Shown piece by piece: positions 12,401-26,645 of a DNA stretch of 64,000 nt (the first letter of the stretch is position 1; each line of letters starts with the position of its first letter). Both the position numbers and the translations under genes were made by a program. The notes beneath the pieces are model-generated. The model saw only the letters and a list, made by a program, of their open reading frames with translations, had not been told where the DNA came from and made no database searches. Source of the stretch: Orbicella franksi (lineage: Eukaryota); contig OZ116709.1 in assembly GCA_964199315.1 (NCBI GenBank), forward strand, positions 5,766,001 to 5,830,000, given 5' to 3'.

Positions 12401-15400
12401 AAAGTATTGCTACAAAAAGAAATAGTTTACGTTACAAAACGTCTTTCTACATGGGGTAGCAGCTAAAATGAGTGTTGTTGTTTCTGTTTTCTGTTTTTTT
12501 GGTTTGTTTGTTTGTTTGTTTGTTGCTGTTTGCAAAACTTTCCTTCCTTCTAACTTACCGCCTATCGTTTAGAATTATCTTTTGCTTTACAGTTTGCCAA
12601 GCTAAGCTCGACATCGCTTTCGTCATCGATGGTTCCGGAAGCATCGAGGCCTACGGCAGAGGAAACTTCAAACGCTGTCTCGACTTTGTGAAACGATTGG
12701 TCGTTTCCTTCAAAATCGCCAGGAGATTTACTCGTGTCGGTGTAGTGCTGTTCTCGTACCGTCCCCGTCTGATATTTAGGTTCAGTACCTACAGCAGGAA
12801 GCGAGATATCCTCAGAGCCATCGACAGCATCAAATACCCAAGAGGAGGTACCAAAACAGGGCTAGCGATGTATTATGCGCAGCGGGTTCTGTTTAGGCGC
12901 AGGCGCGGTAGCCGAAAGTCGGTGATGATCGTGATGACGGATGGTCGTTCCCAGGACCGCGTGAGCGGAGCCGCCCGTACGCTCAAGAGGAAGCGTGTGA
13001 CGATATTTGCTGTCGGTATTGGCAAACGGTACAATATCAACCAACTGTTCCAGATAGCGACGTCGAGAAGACATGTTTACACGGCTGGATTTAGGAATTT
13101 GCCGTCAATTGTCAGGGTTATCAAGACAAAGGCTTGTGCAGGTAAAGGAATTTTGTTGTAAGCAGTTTGTGTGTTTTTTTTGTGTGTGTTTGTTTTTTCC
13201 TTTTTTTATGTTCAAACCTTTTCGAATTCTAATTGGTGTCATAACAAAGCTGATACCAGCTCAGGTAAAATGTCCAGTATTTCAGTCCGTCTATACCGAT
13301 CATTGTAACAAAAAAAATTAGGGATCATCATCATCATCACCATCCTCGTTTCCTTTTCTCCGAGGAAATAAAGCATGGGAAAGAGTATTATCATCGATGG
13401 TATGAGTGAGGAGACATAGTTTCACAGTTGATGACAGTCGAGAATAGGGGCGCAACTTGCGATTTTGCTCCATTACGGATATAAATTGTCATCATTATGG
13501 TAATCATAAATTATGTTCAACGATTGGTTTAAACCGTTGCCTAGATCCAGGGTGATTGACACCCAATTTCTCGTCACCATGTCCGTACATTGTTGAGCAG
13601 AAATGTGATCAGTATAAACAAATCATCAACTTGAGAATATAGTGTTGTAACTTAAATTCTTCGTGGTAATGAAACGTAGAAATTTTGAAATGAGATTTGA
13701 CATTTTGTTCTGATCGTTTCTCTTAAGGTGCTGTCAAACCAGGAAAACCTTCTCGTCCAGCACGTAAGTGGTAGAACTTTCTAAAACTTTAACATCAAAC
13801 TTGTCTTACACAAAGCTATTCCTCCTGTATGGTGCTTAATGCACAACAGGAACTTCATGATCGGCCGCGCTCGTTTTTCTTATTCAACTATACCCGGGTT
13901 AATTCTCTCCCTTGAGGGCAATCGTCACTGCTCACAAATACAAGGGATAAGTCTCTAGAAAAAGTTCAATAACGAGGCGCGCGAAGTCTAAAAATAGAAT
14001 GCAAATTATTGGAACCCCGCGAAATTCAGATAACATAAGCGTGTTTCGAGAGAAACAAGAGGAAAATGAGCGCCAAATTTTCGTTTTAAAAGTCGTTGTA
14101 GAAACACTTGTTTATGCGCTTGAAAAAGCTTTAAATCTTCCACCATTCCGTTTTGTTTCTCTAAGTTTGTCTGAGTTATAACGTCACTCGCGCACTTCGC
14201 TATTCAAGGTTCTTTTTTAAATATGCATGATTGCTTCTCCAACCCTTTACTAACTATCGTAAGATATTGATTTGTATTATTATCAGTGACGTGCCATCTC
14301 TTTATCTATGCATTAGTCTTAGGGATTCAATTCCAGACTAAGCTATTCGCAAAACTTAACGACTTCCCGGATTATAATCTCGATTTAAGTAATCGAATCG
14401 TATAAATTGAAGTGAATTGTTCGTTTCCAAAGGTTATGTGCGCGCCATGGCTCTGTACCCGCTGTCATACCGAACTAAAGGAAGAGACATTGGTGTGTTC
14501 TCCAATCCATCTGGAAGACTTAGCAATGTTAGACAGGCCACTGGTCCGGACGGACGACCGAACACTGCAACGCAGTTCTTTGGAAAACCAAACAGCTACA
14601 TAGAGTTCCCTAACAACGGAAAGCTAGACACGAAGCGATCTATCACCCTTTTGGCTTGGATCTACAATCAGGGAAGCGCTGGTCCTATTTTTAACTACAT
14701 GCCGAACGGCTGGGGTGTACACTTCTGGATGACGTCCCCTATTACGCTCTTCGTTCGTTTCACGCGTCGACGAAGACGGCGCTTCACTCCTCACCTTCAG
14801 TACCGTGGCGTTAAGCGCAGACGGTGGCAATATGTTGGCGCCACGTACAACGGAAGGACAGGTGTGGCCAAATTGTATTTGAACAGCAGAATGGTTGCAA
14901 GAAAACGCATTGGAATGTTCAGGTTGGCAACGAATTATCCGGTTAGAATGGGAGCAAGGGTTGGTGACAGCCGCTTCTTCCGGGGAAAGATTTCTTGTAT
15001 GCAGGTATACGGTATGGCTTTGAATTCTAGGCAGATTGCAGCTCGAAAGAGGAGGTGTTTCCTGAAAGGTAAATCTTGACAAACAAATAATTCTGCGTGT
15101 TGTTTTAATTGCCATGAATGTTTACAGAGACTTGTTTTAATGCCACTACATGAGTACAGCAGCAAGATGTCGACTTTTATCAACTTTCAATATCATGGAT
15201 GACAAAATATTCCTTAATTTTGGCGCGAAATTTTAGCATTAATTTATAATTTCACATGTGAAATTACAAAATTGCCTTGGCAACGTTTGGCGCGAAATTT
15301 TTCGATACCATAAACAAGTCAAAACCCCGCGATTGTATGAGTAATTTGTCACCCGCGATATTAGAAGGTAATCAAATGGTTTACTCGTGAAATTAAGAAG

Positions 15401-18400
15401 TAATTTAACTTACGTTTTGTCAATATTCCTATAGTTAGAATTTTGACAAAACACACGCGAAATTATATACTAATTGCACTTCTCACCATTTAATTACCCA
15501 TAGTTATTAAATTTCTTTGCTATAGAATGTATGACTCGTACACCGTTGAGTAGTTGTAATTTACTGCATTGAATAGTTTAATCAAACCCTCCCATGCAAC
15601 GCATGTCATAGTAGTCAGACGAAGCAGACGAACGCGAGCCATCAACAGTATTGTCGGCTTCATTATACCGCTAAACGTAAAAGTAAAGGGTGATTTCATA
15701 GCTCTGTTATAATTGTTTATGTTTTGTAGGTCCAGTCACACCTGGTCGACCAGTCGTTCCAGGCGGAGTACCATTCCGTCCAGGAAAACCGAGTAAGTAT
15801 CAAGATTCATTCTTTGATCATTACAGTTGACTCTAGTGACGGACATGCTATCTCGTGTTGCTCCTCATATTGAAGTTGGAATTGTTGCTCGCATTTAAAA
15901 AATATATTGCACACTAGCACTTTGCCGTTTTTGTTTGGATCAATTAGCTCAGAACAGCCAACTTAACTCAAAACAAAATTCAGTTACAACTAAAATAACA
16001 CGCAAACTTCTCCTCACTTCTTGGTTTTCCTTACGACGTACGCAGACGCTATAAGAGGTTGATAATCAGCACCTTTTGGTTGGAAAATGTACTAACAAAA
16101 GGTGCTACTTAGCAGCGCTCCACGGCGTGTATGTTGCGTGTATGCTTATGCTTGTGCACATGCTCTAGTGAAAACCAACCTACTATTATTCTTGTTCATG
16201 CACTTCCATTTCTCCTCAGTGTGCAAAGCTAAGGTGGATATCGGCTTCCTCGTGGACGCTTCTGGCAGCATCGAGATGTACGGTCGAGGGAACTACCAGC
16301 GCGTCAAAGACTTCGTCAAGGAAGTGGCGGGAAGCTTCCTTATCTCCAGGCGCGGAACACACGTCGGTGTGGTTGTATTCGCCAGCAGACCAGAGCCGGT
16401 TTTCCAGTTCAACACCTACTACACGCGGCGTGAAGTCATGAACGCTGTTCAAAAGATCCCCTACATCAACGGTGGAACCCGAATCGGCTTAGCAATCCGA
16501 AGGGCTACGCGGTACTTATTCAAATCTCGTCACCACCCCGGACGAAAGAAGGTTTTAGTTGTCTTGACCGATGGTATTTCGTACGATGACGTCATAGTCC
16601 CCGCCAGGAGGCTTCGTCGCACGGGTGTTTCCATATATGCTCTCGGAATGGGTCTTAAATACAGTCGACGACAGCTGGGCAAGATTGCGGGAACTCCCAG
16701 ACATGTTTTCACCTCTAAGTTTGCGACTCTACGAACTGCCGCTCGTAAAATCGTAAGCCGGATATGCTCAGGTAAGTAAATTGGAAGAATTCCTTGACTT
16801 CGTAGACCATGTCCCGGCTCTTCAAAGTTGAAAGAACTACTAAAAACACAAAACAGCTACTGACAGTACTTCTGTACCTTACTTACAATACAATATCAAT
16901 TTTTAACAATTTTTGATTTTTAAAGGAACTTTACTTTCGTAACAACAATATGTACCTTTTAAAAAAGAATGCATATCCTTGTATTAGTGTACAGAAGGAG
17001 TATAAGTACTGTAAAGTTAAAGCAAACATTGCAAAATAATTTTTAAAAAAAGGAAACAGAGGAACAAAACATTACCAAGGTTATATTTCCGTTGTATTCC
17101 AATTTTTTACCAAATGGCGAGTTTTTCTTGTCCTATCTCAGTTATGGCGTAAAGATTTTCCAGCGTTTATATTTGTTATACGGCTGTTGTCTTATTATAC
17201 TTGTCCCATCCAGAACCAGGAGCCAAACCTGTTAAACCAGTTGGCCCTCGACCTGTGCGACCACGCCAACCAGGTAAACATGACCATTTATCAGTTAGAG
17301 CGGCTTTCAATTGAGTGTCGAAAGTTATCAGGCGATTACTTTGGTTTTGGTTTTGGTTTTACTACACTTAATTGAAAACGGCTCTATCGGAAGTGAAATA
17401 AAATGAAAAGAAACGGGAAAACAAAACCAGACAACTCATATCAGAGGAAATTTCTCCAAAGCTCTATACAATACTGAACCACTAGATTCTTAAAACTAGA
17501 AGATTTTCATATTTGTATTCGCAATCTGACGAAACCTACCTTTGCTGCCTTTGTAATTACATCTGCAAATGGTTAGACGCTCAGGTCTTCTCAAATAAGG
17601 ACTATAAACCGTGGGCCCCTTGTCCCGCATCTTCAGTGTTACACGGTTAGCAGGGGACGTTGTAGAACCCACACACTTATCGAAAAGAGTGGGTAGTTCC
17701 CGGTGTTGTGGTCTGGCCTTGTCGTAAGGGTTGATGCTTTACATAGGGTTAACCTCATTGCACCTTTCCCCCTTGGAAAGAATTACTATGACTACTATGA
17801 CTATGACTACGACTACGACTACCATATTACCATATTATCTCTCACACGCAGTGCGTGCCGTGGCAATTTATCCCCTGAATGGAGGAATGCAAGGTCGCGA
17901 CATCAGCTTGAGTAGGAATCCAGCGGCTATCTTAGGCAAAGTCAGGACCGCGCCAGGACCTGACAGAACACGTGATGGCTCGTACCAGTTCCTGGGTAAA
18001 TCCAGCAGTTATATCCAATTTCCAAACCACGGAAAGCTGGACACAAGACGGTCCATCACTCTTATGGCGTGGATCTTTCACCAAGGTCGCGCAGGACCCA
18101 TCTTCAACTACATGCCAAACGGCTGGGGCGTGCACTTCTGGATGATTTCACCGAGGACGCTGTTTGTACGGTTTACGCGTCGAAGGAGACGCCGCCTCAC
18201 CAAGGCGGTGATGAGCAGGAGTGTCACGCCTAATCGATGGCAGCTTGTTGCTGCGACGTACGACGGAAGGTCGGGACAAGCCAAGCTGTTTGTGCAAAAT
18301 CGGTTTGTGACGCAAACGTTCATTGGAAGAATACGATTGGCTACAAACTATCCAGTCAGAATGGGAGCGCGTCTTGGTGATAATCGTTTCTTCCTTGGGC

Positions 18401-21400
18401 GCATCTCCTGTATGCAGATTTATCCAATGGCACTAACGAGAAGACAGATACTTGCACGCAAAAGCAGATGTTTCAGGAAAGGTCAGGCAAATTACCAACC
18501 TTGTTATCGTGTTACACGTTGATTGCTGACTCGAGCTCGAAATTTTATGGCACTTTTTCACCAATAAAAAAAAGTACGAAGCTTTTTTTTATGTTCCTAG
18601 TGAGCAACATCATTGGCCAGGCTGAGTTGCGTGTGGACATTTATGCCATGTATGACTGCTTGTCATGATCAGAAGTTTTTCTAGCTTTTTCCACCGACAC
18701 CTAGGAGCGTGGGCCACGACATTATCGTTAAATCTCGTGGTAAATGATGACGGCCAATGTGTTTTTTTTTTCGCCACAATCTTACTAAACATGCGTTCTC
18801 TTTTAGTTTTCGTAAATTTCGTATTCATAGCTCTACCTACATTGAAAAACAATGTTACAGCTGAATCTCTTTCAGCAATCGATCGAGCCACTTTGTACTG
18901 CTCTTGTTAAGTTTTTCTTTTGTGCTTTATTCAATGTAACTAAGACTTATCTTTTTCAGTTGTTCGACCTCGTCCCAGACCTCGACCAAAACCTAGGCCG
19001 AAGCCACCGATTCCAGGCCTGCCTGGTGGTCGAGGTAAGAATGTTTCTCAGACGCTACAGGCACGGTTTTAGTTATCAACCTGAATATATTTAAAGACAA
19101 TATAGTTCTTCATGGCTGATAACAGCATTTATTACAATTTAGGGACTAATATGTCTTAATAATAAATGGCAAAAAAAGAAACAAATAAAATGGCAATAAC
19201 AGTAATAATGAGACTAAAGTTCTAAATAAAGCGATGAGGATGGTCCGTGAAAAGGTTAGAACCCCGCACAAGACAGACCACCTATAAATTAAATATGAAA
19301 CCCATTGAATAAATGCAACGTTAATTTCCTTACAAAGTCGCTCTCACCGGTCTTAAAAACGCGCACATTCGAACCTCGCGGTTTCCTGCTAAAATAATTT
19401 GTTCTCTATTCGCCACATAGGTTTAGCTACATGTATGTGGAAGTTTCTGCTGAATAATCAATGTGCAATTACCTTTTTAGTTTGTCGCGCCAGAATTGAC
19501 GTTGTATTCGTCGTCGATGGCTCGGGCAGCATCGAAGCTTCTGGTAGAGGTAACTTCAGGCGATGTCTCCGCTTCGTCAAGAACATGGTTCGTTCGTTCA
19601 CAATATCAAGAAGTTACGTACGGGTTGGTATCGTGTTGTATTCATCTCGTACACGACTGATACTTACCTTCAATCAAAACCGTGGAGTTAACAGCATACT
19701 CCGAACTATTGACAGAATACAATACCCTAGGCGTGGCACTAGAACAGGCGCAGCCATTTCCTTTGCCCTCTCCCGCCTGTTCTCTGCCTCCAGGAGAGGG
19801 AGGTCGAAGGTCCTGATTGTCATGACTGATGGCCGGTCACAGGATAATGTAAGGGGTCCTTCCAGCACACTGCGCAAGCGCGGTGTAAGGATATTCTGTC
19901 TTGGTATTGGTAAACGCTACAATATGCAACAGTTGTTACAGATGGCTGGTAGTCGTCGAAACGTCTTCACGGCTGACTTCCGTAACCTTGGCTCTGTGGT
20001 ACGAGCTATTAAGCAGAAGGCTTGTAAAGGTAAGAGATGTAAGGAAGATGTCTTGTTTTATAATTAGTTTTTAAAAGCATAAGACATAAGTAGCATCACG
20101 TTGTATTAAACGGAAATCTGAAAGTGCTCGTACAAAAATGAAGAATTCCTTTAGCAAAGAATCCACAACAATACAGTAGGTAGCTTGCACTGCAGGCTAT
20201 GCTCAAGCCCGAACGATTTGCAGAAGCATAAGCGTAAGAAAACTCTTGTGTGAAGGTACGTAAGATAAGCAAAAGAAAAAGACGCTTTTTTGCCTTTTCA
20301 TGTGCTGTGCACATTTCACTAATGTAAACCGGCTTGAGATAAGCACAAGCAGAAATAATAATGATGATGATGATGATGATGATGATGATAGATATGATCC
20401 AATAAATATGATCTAATAATCATAGATATGATCCTCCTCGTCCGCCGTCTCCTCCGATGCTACTGGGCTTGCGTATATCTCGTTTTGTTATGTCTATATC
20501 ACGTGTATGAACTTCCAAGGTTTATGCTTGTGCTTATCGCACAGTGTGAACCAAGCTCTAGCTTTATAGTTATTTTGATTCCAGTTATCTGCCTTACGCA
20601 GCTGCAAGTTCGTTATTTACTCAACATGAAACGCATTGTGACCTTTTTTCTTTCTGTATCGCCTCTGTACCTGACCCTTGGACCATCAATTGAAACCGGT
20701 GTTGGGAGTTGAAAGGAATTTACTTTTAACGCTGTTATGCTCAACAGTAAAAAATTAACCAATATTTTATCGCACTTTCAAACGTACTGTAGTGAGTGCT
20801 TATCATTTGGATTTGATGTTGTTTGTTGGTTTAATGAAAGCTCCTTTTCTTTTTCCCGCAGCTGCCAAACCGACTAGACCAAAGAGACCAGGAAAACCTG
20901 CAGGTGTGTGTTTGCCTAAAGAGCAAAAATATTACGTTTATTTTGACATTTTTTTAACATTTCTCCTGTTGTTTAGTTTTCTTTTAGTACTCTTGGTATC
21001 AAACAAAGCTTAGTAGAGAAATCGTTTGTATACTTCCTAAATTTTGTATTTCAATTCTATTTTGTCCGACAGCCGTTGGCCGCGCAGGCGCAGTTTACCC
21101 GCTCAGTTCCTCCACACGAGGTAAAGACGTCAGCACCAACGGCAACCCACCAGGAAGACGCAGCTACGTCAGAAACACGCGTGGCCCCGATGGCGTGCCA
21201 GGGACGGCAACGTTTTTTTACGGCCGTGCTAACAGTTACATTCAGTTCCCGAACCGCGGTAGACTAGACACGAGGCGATCCATCACCCTCTTGGCGTGGA
21301 TCAAACACCTGGGACGCGCGGGACCCATCTTCAACTACATGCCGAATGGCTGGGGCGTGCACCTCTGGATGGTCACACCAAGAACGCTGTTTGTACGCTT

Positions 21401-24400
21401 CACACGTCGAAGAGGACGGCGTTTCACACCCGCGGTGACTAGTCGCACAGTTCGGTATCGAACTTGGGAGTACGTCGGTGCTGAGTACGATTATCGAACT
21501 GGAATCGCTCGGCTGTTTGTTAGAAATAGATTTGTTGCTTCGCGACGTATTGGACGCATAAGACTGGCCACTAATTACCCAGTTAGAATGGGCGCCAGGA
21601 TTACAGACAGGAGGTACTTCCGTGGTAGCATTTCCTGTATGCAGGTATACAAGAAGGCTTTGTCTGCCAGACAGATCCTTGCTAGGCGAACGAGGTGCTT
21701 TAAGAGAGGTAGGGCGTTTTTGTTTTCACGGTATTCTTATATATAATGTATGTTGTCGTCTCTTGTGTTTTTGTTTATCTATTTCTGTTGCATGTAGAGA
21801 AAAGGCAACCATAAAAAGGTTTACAAGTACAACATTGTGACATTGGACATTGAAATTAAATACTTGTTTATCTCATTATATACGCTTCCGTTTTTCTTCA
21901 GCTGTTAAGTAATGCTCTTCTCAAGGTGACACAATTGAAACAAGTAGATACGAGAAAAATTGAAAGAAAATCACGATGTATTCTTTTTGTCACTTTTTTT
22001 TATTATTCTTTCACCATTCCTCTGATGCCTTACAGTTCCACGACCGCATCCTCCACGACCCAGACCGCCTCGACCAAGACCCAGACCTAGGCCCTACCCT
22101 GGTGGAAAAGGTATTTCTTGATTGGCGTACCTTCAAAATCCGTTTTTGAATCAAAGTTCATTGATTTTTTTGGTTTTCGGTATTCGTGTCGACAATCGTT
22201 GAGTTCAATTCTGAGCCATTTTATTTACGTGATGTTCTCAAAAGTCCATCGCTTTGGCTCTTGACGCTTTTAGAACACTCCAGAAAGACCTTTCTTTCAT
22301 GATTAGCGGTGAAATGTAGCCTCAAATCCTGGTTTAATCGTCAAGCTCTGCTAGTGGTTGACGGAAACAAACTTCCACCCTTGATATAGGTCAAATGACA
22401 GTTACGGATGACGTCTACTCAGGCGCGCCATCTTGTATACATGTTCGTCTATCACTAATTTTATACCAATATTTCTTTGATCTTCAGTTTGCCGAGCCAG
22501 AATCGATCTTGCTTTCCTAATCGACGCCTCCGGAAGTGTTGGGCGTGCAAACTTCCGCCGCTGCTTAGCTTTTGTCAAAAACATGGCGCGTGTGTTCACC
22601 ATCTCCAGAAGCTTCACCCGATTCGCAATCGTTCTTTACTCGTCGCGACCTTCCTTGATGTTCGGGTTTAACCGTTACACCAATCGACGGTCACTGCTAC
22701 GAGCGATTGGTCGCATACGGTACACAGGTGGAGGTACCAAAACGGGCTTCGCGCTTACGTACACTTATCAGAGGGTCCTTCGCTTTAGCAGGCGAAGAGG
22801 CAAGGTCTTGATTGTCATGACCGATGGTCGATCTTATGATAATGTGTTACGTCCTGCTGTAAGGATTCGGGGCAGAGGTATACGAATACTATCCTTCGGA
22901 GTTGGTAAACGGTTCAGTATGGGACAACTACTGCAGATGTCAGCCAACAGGCGAAATGTGTTTACTGCTGATTTCAAGAACTTGGGGTCTGCGGTCAGAA
23001 GTCTGAAAAGGAGGGCCTGTGCAGGTAACCCACAAATATAACTACAATAGATATCAGTTATCATTAGATGTTTTGACGACGCAGTATACAGACAGATCTA
23101 GACTCCCGCCTACTGGTTCTTTTGTTTCACAACAAAAGAAATAGTAAACTAATGCACTCTATCTCAAAAAACAGTTATTTACAGCGATAATGAGTGCTAA
23201 AATGTCAAACTAGAGCCGCTGACGTTTCCGACGTTTTCAGTTTCACAGTAGTTCGTTCTCAAACTGAAGTGTTTGGATCCCCTTTGAAACAGTGCGGGGT
23301 TTTCGGACTAAGTAGAGTCATAACTTAGCTAACCGCACTCTTCGAACTCAATTTTCATGCTCTACCAAGAGGAGTTAATATATAGATTTAGCCAAGCCTA
23401 AAAGAGGAGCTCCGCCATAAAAATCAACTAAGAACTGCTTAAAATGAAATCGCTCGTATCATTTTTTAAGTCAATTTTTGCACGCTCCCTTTTTCTGTTT
23501 CAGCTGCAAAACCTCGACCTCCTCGACCCGTCCAACCACCAAAACCAGTGGGTAAGTGTACGGAATAACAAGTACTGATGTTTTGGTTGAAGCAATGAGA
23601 TTTCATAGGGCTTACGCTTATTCCTAGTGAATACGCCCTTTTTTGGCCAATCAGATACAAAACAAAAGACGTTGTTGACTTAGTGCGACACCCCCCGCCC
23701 CTCCCTCTAAGAATTTTAACAATACAAGTAACGGGTTTGGTTAAGGGGGTCGCCGTCGATTTTTTTATTGGCCTGTCTTTTTAAATTTTTGGTTAATCAG
23801 ATACAAAACAAAAAGCGGTGTTGACTTAGTGCGACTCTCCCCGCCCCTCCCTTCTAAGAATTTTAATTATACAAGTAACTGGTGTGGTTAAGAGGGTTGC
23901 CGTGGATTTTTTGATAGGGCTGGCTCCTTAAATTTGCACCCTTTCCCAGACCTACACTGGACTGGTTTCCGTTTGGGTAAAACATAGGAACGCTTCATAT
24001 CAAATGCAACAACTCGTTAGGGATTTATTTGTCTCTCGTTCTTTTAAAGATAAATATTTTTCTACTGTGTCATTTAATTATCTAAGGCAATTCTCTATTT
24101 TAGCTCAAAGACAAAGTCTGGAGTATATTTTCAGATCTAAACAACTCAAATTCTACATCAAAGGAATTGGGGTTGTCACGATCATATTTAGCCTGAAACG
24201 AATTAAATCCCCCCACCCCAACCTCTTTTCCCTGATTTGTTTTTCGACAACAATTAGAGAGAAACTCACATATATTTAGTATTCTAGCGGACTTGCCTGT
24301 ATCGAGCTACTGGCCAGCGCCAAATGTTCGCACAGGCTGTTTTTTCCGCCTGCATATTACACTTTACCATATGTGGTTGACTATCAACATGGCATTGAAG

Positions 24401-26614
24401 AGTAACATCTGTTTTGGGTATAATTTTCCCTTTAGCTATAAGACGAGCCGTCGCTGTTTATCCGCTGAACCGTTACACCCAAGGAAGAGACATCAGCTTC
24501 TCAAGGAATCCCCGCGGAACATTCGGCCGAGTCAGATACGCCCCTGGTCCTGATAATTCACCGGGTGGCGCAATAGAATTCTACGGTCGCAAATACAGCT
24601 ACGTTGAATTCCCTAACCGAGGTAAAATCGACACGAAACGTTCCATAACTCTTCTGGCATGGATCTATCACACTGGTCAAGCTGGACCCATCTTTAACTA
24701 CATGCCGAACGGCTGGGGCGTGCACTTCTGGATGGTTTCTCATAGAAACTTGTTTGCACGGTTCACGCGTCGAACAGGGAGGCGTTTCAGTCGTGCTGTG
24801 TACAGTCCAAGCGTGCTACCGCGAAAATGGCAGTTCGTGGGAACAACGTACAGCTACAAAACCGGTATAGCCCGTTTGTTCGTGAACTCGAGGTTTGTGG
24901 CGTCTAAGCGTGTTGGACGATTCAGGCTGGCGACCAACTACCCGGTCAGAATGGGAGCCCGCGTTGGAGACAGACGATACTTTAAAGGACGAATCTCTTG
25001 TATGCAGGTCTTCGGTCAAGCGTTGAACAGGAACCAGATTCTGGTTCGGCAGAAGAGATGTTTCAAACCAGGTAATAATCCCAGGATTTTGAAATCTGGG
25101 CAATCACTTTGAAACGACCAAACTGTTCATTGTGCATGACCTTTGCCATTTTGACCAATATAAGTTGTCGTGCCATTGTCAAAGTTTTCTTTGTTTTATT
25201 TTTTTCTTTATTCGTAGTCCCAGTAAGACCCAAGCCAAGACCAGTCAGACCAGTGAGACCAACCAGGCCTAGAGGTAAGTGCTGTCGTTTGTTCTTTCTT
25301 CCCTTCATTTTCTCGTTGCCTCGTTTTTTCTTCCCTCGTTGCCTTGTTGCCTCGTCCCTGCGTTCCTGCGTTCTCTTGTTGCCTCGTTCCTGCGTTCTCT
25401 GCTTGTCTCGTTCTCTCGTCTTTGCGTTCTCTTGTTACCTCGTTACCTCGTTGCCTCGTTGCCTCGTTCCTGCGTTCCTGCGTTCCTGCGTTCCTGCGTT
25501 CCTGCGTTCCTGCGTTCTCTTGTTGCCTCGTTCCTGTTTTCTCTGCTTGCCTCGTTCTCTCGTTCCTGCGTTCTCTTGTTGCCATGTTGCGTTGTTACCT
25601 CTTTCTCTCGTTTCCTTGTTCTTCCCTTCGTCCCCGGGTCCGTTGTTATTTTTCTCCTTCGTAGTCACCGTTCTCTCCTTCGTTTCTCCGTTTCTCGCTC
25701 TTTTTTCTTGCAGTTTTGCCTTCGTTCGTTTCTTTGTTTTCCTTTGTTCACTAATTGGTGACTGAACGTTCTTTAGCCTGTATAGTTGACCGGCCTCTCG
25801 GTTTATTCAACTACGATTTCTGTAATTCTTGGCATCCCGATTCTTCCCCTTAGCACGGATTGAGTGACGAAAAGGAACAAATACACATAGCAAAACATGC
25901 GACTGGCGGCGTTATCTGTATATTTTTTTCTCTTTTTAGTTAAAACTCAAGCGGTTGCCATTTTCCCGCTGAATGGCGGCACGAAGGGAAAAGATATAAG
26001 CACACGTAACAATGCACGGGGGATACTTGGTTACGTCCGACCCGCGCCTGGACCAGACGGAACACCATACGGCTCGTACCAGTTCTACGGAAGAAGCAAC
26101 AGCTACATTCTCTTCCCCAACCAAGGTGGCTTAGACACCAAACGTTCTATCACTCTCTTAGCGTGGATCTTACACCAAGGACGTGCAGGACCAATCTTCA
26201 ACTACATGCCAAACGGCTGGGGCGTGCACTTTTGGATGATTACACCGAGAACGCTGTTTGTACGGTTTACGCGACGTAGAAGACGCCGTTTCACAGCCGC
26301 GGTCTCAAGCAGGAGTATCACACCTGGACGATGGCAGTTTGTTGGTGCAAGTTACAATGGACGAACAGGCCAAGCGAAGCTGTTTGTTAATAGAAGGTTT
26401 ACAGCGAGGAAGTACATCGGGAGAATACGGTTGGCCACTAACTCCCCGGTGAGAATGGGAGCTCGTATCGGTGACGGGAGATATTTCCGAGGACGAATCT
26501 CGTGTATGCAGGTGTACAATGGGGCTCTTTCCTTGCGACAAATCATCTCCAAGAAACGAAGATGTTTTAGGAGAAGTAAGTTGTGGTAAAGTTGTTGTTC
26601 TCTTTTTGATGTTT

Positions 26615-26645
<31 letters not shown>

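Noticed and set aside
25109-25765. 218-aa, 160-aa and 125-aa ORFs
   Set aside because: Products of the stop-poor minisatellite; only the 57-nt micro-exon is coding.
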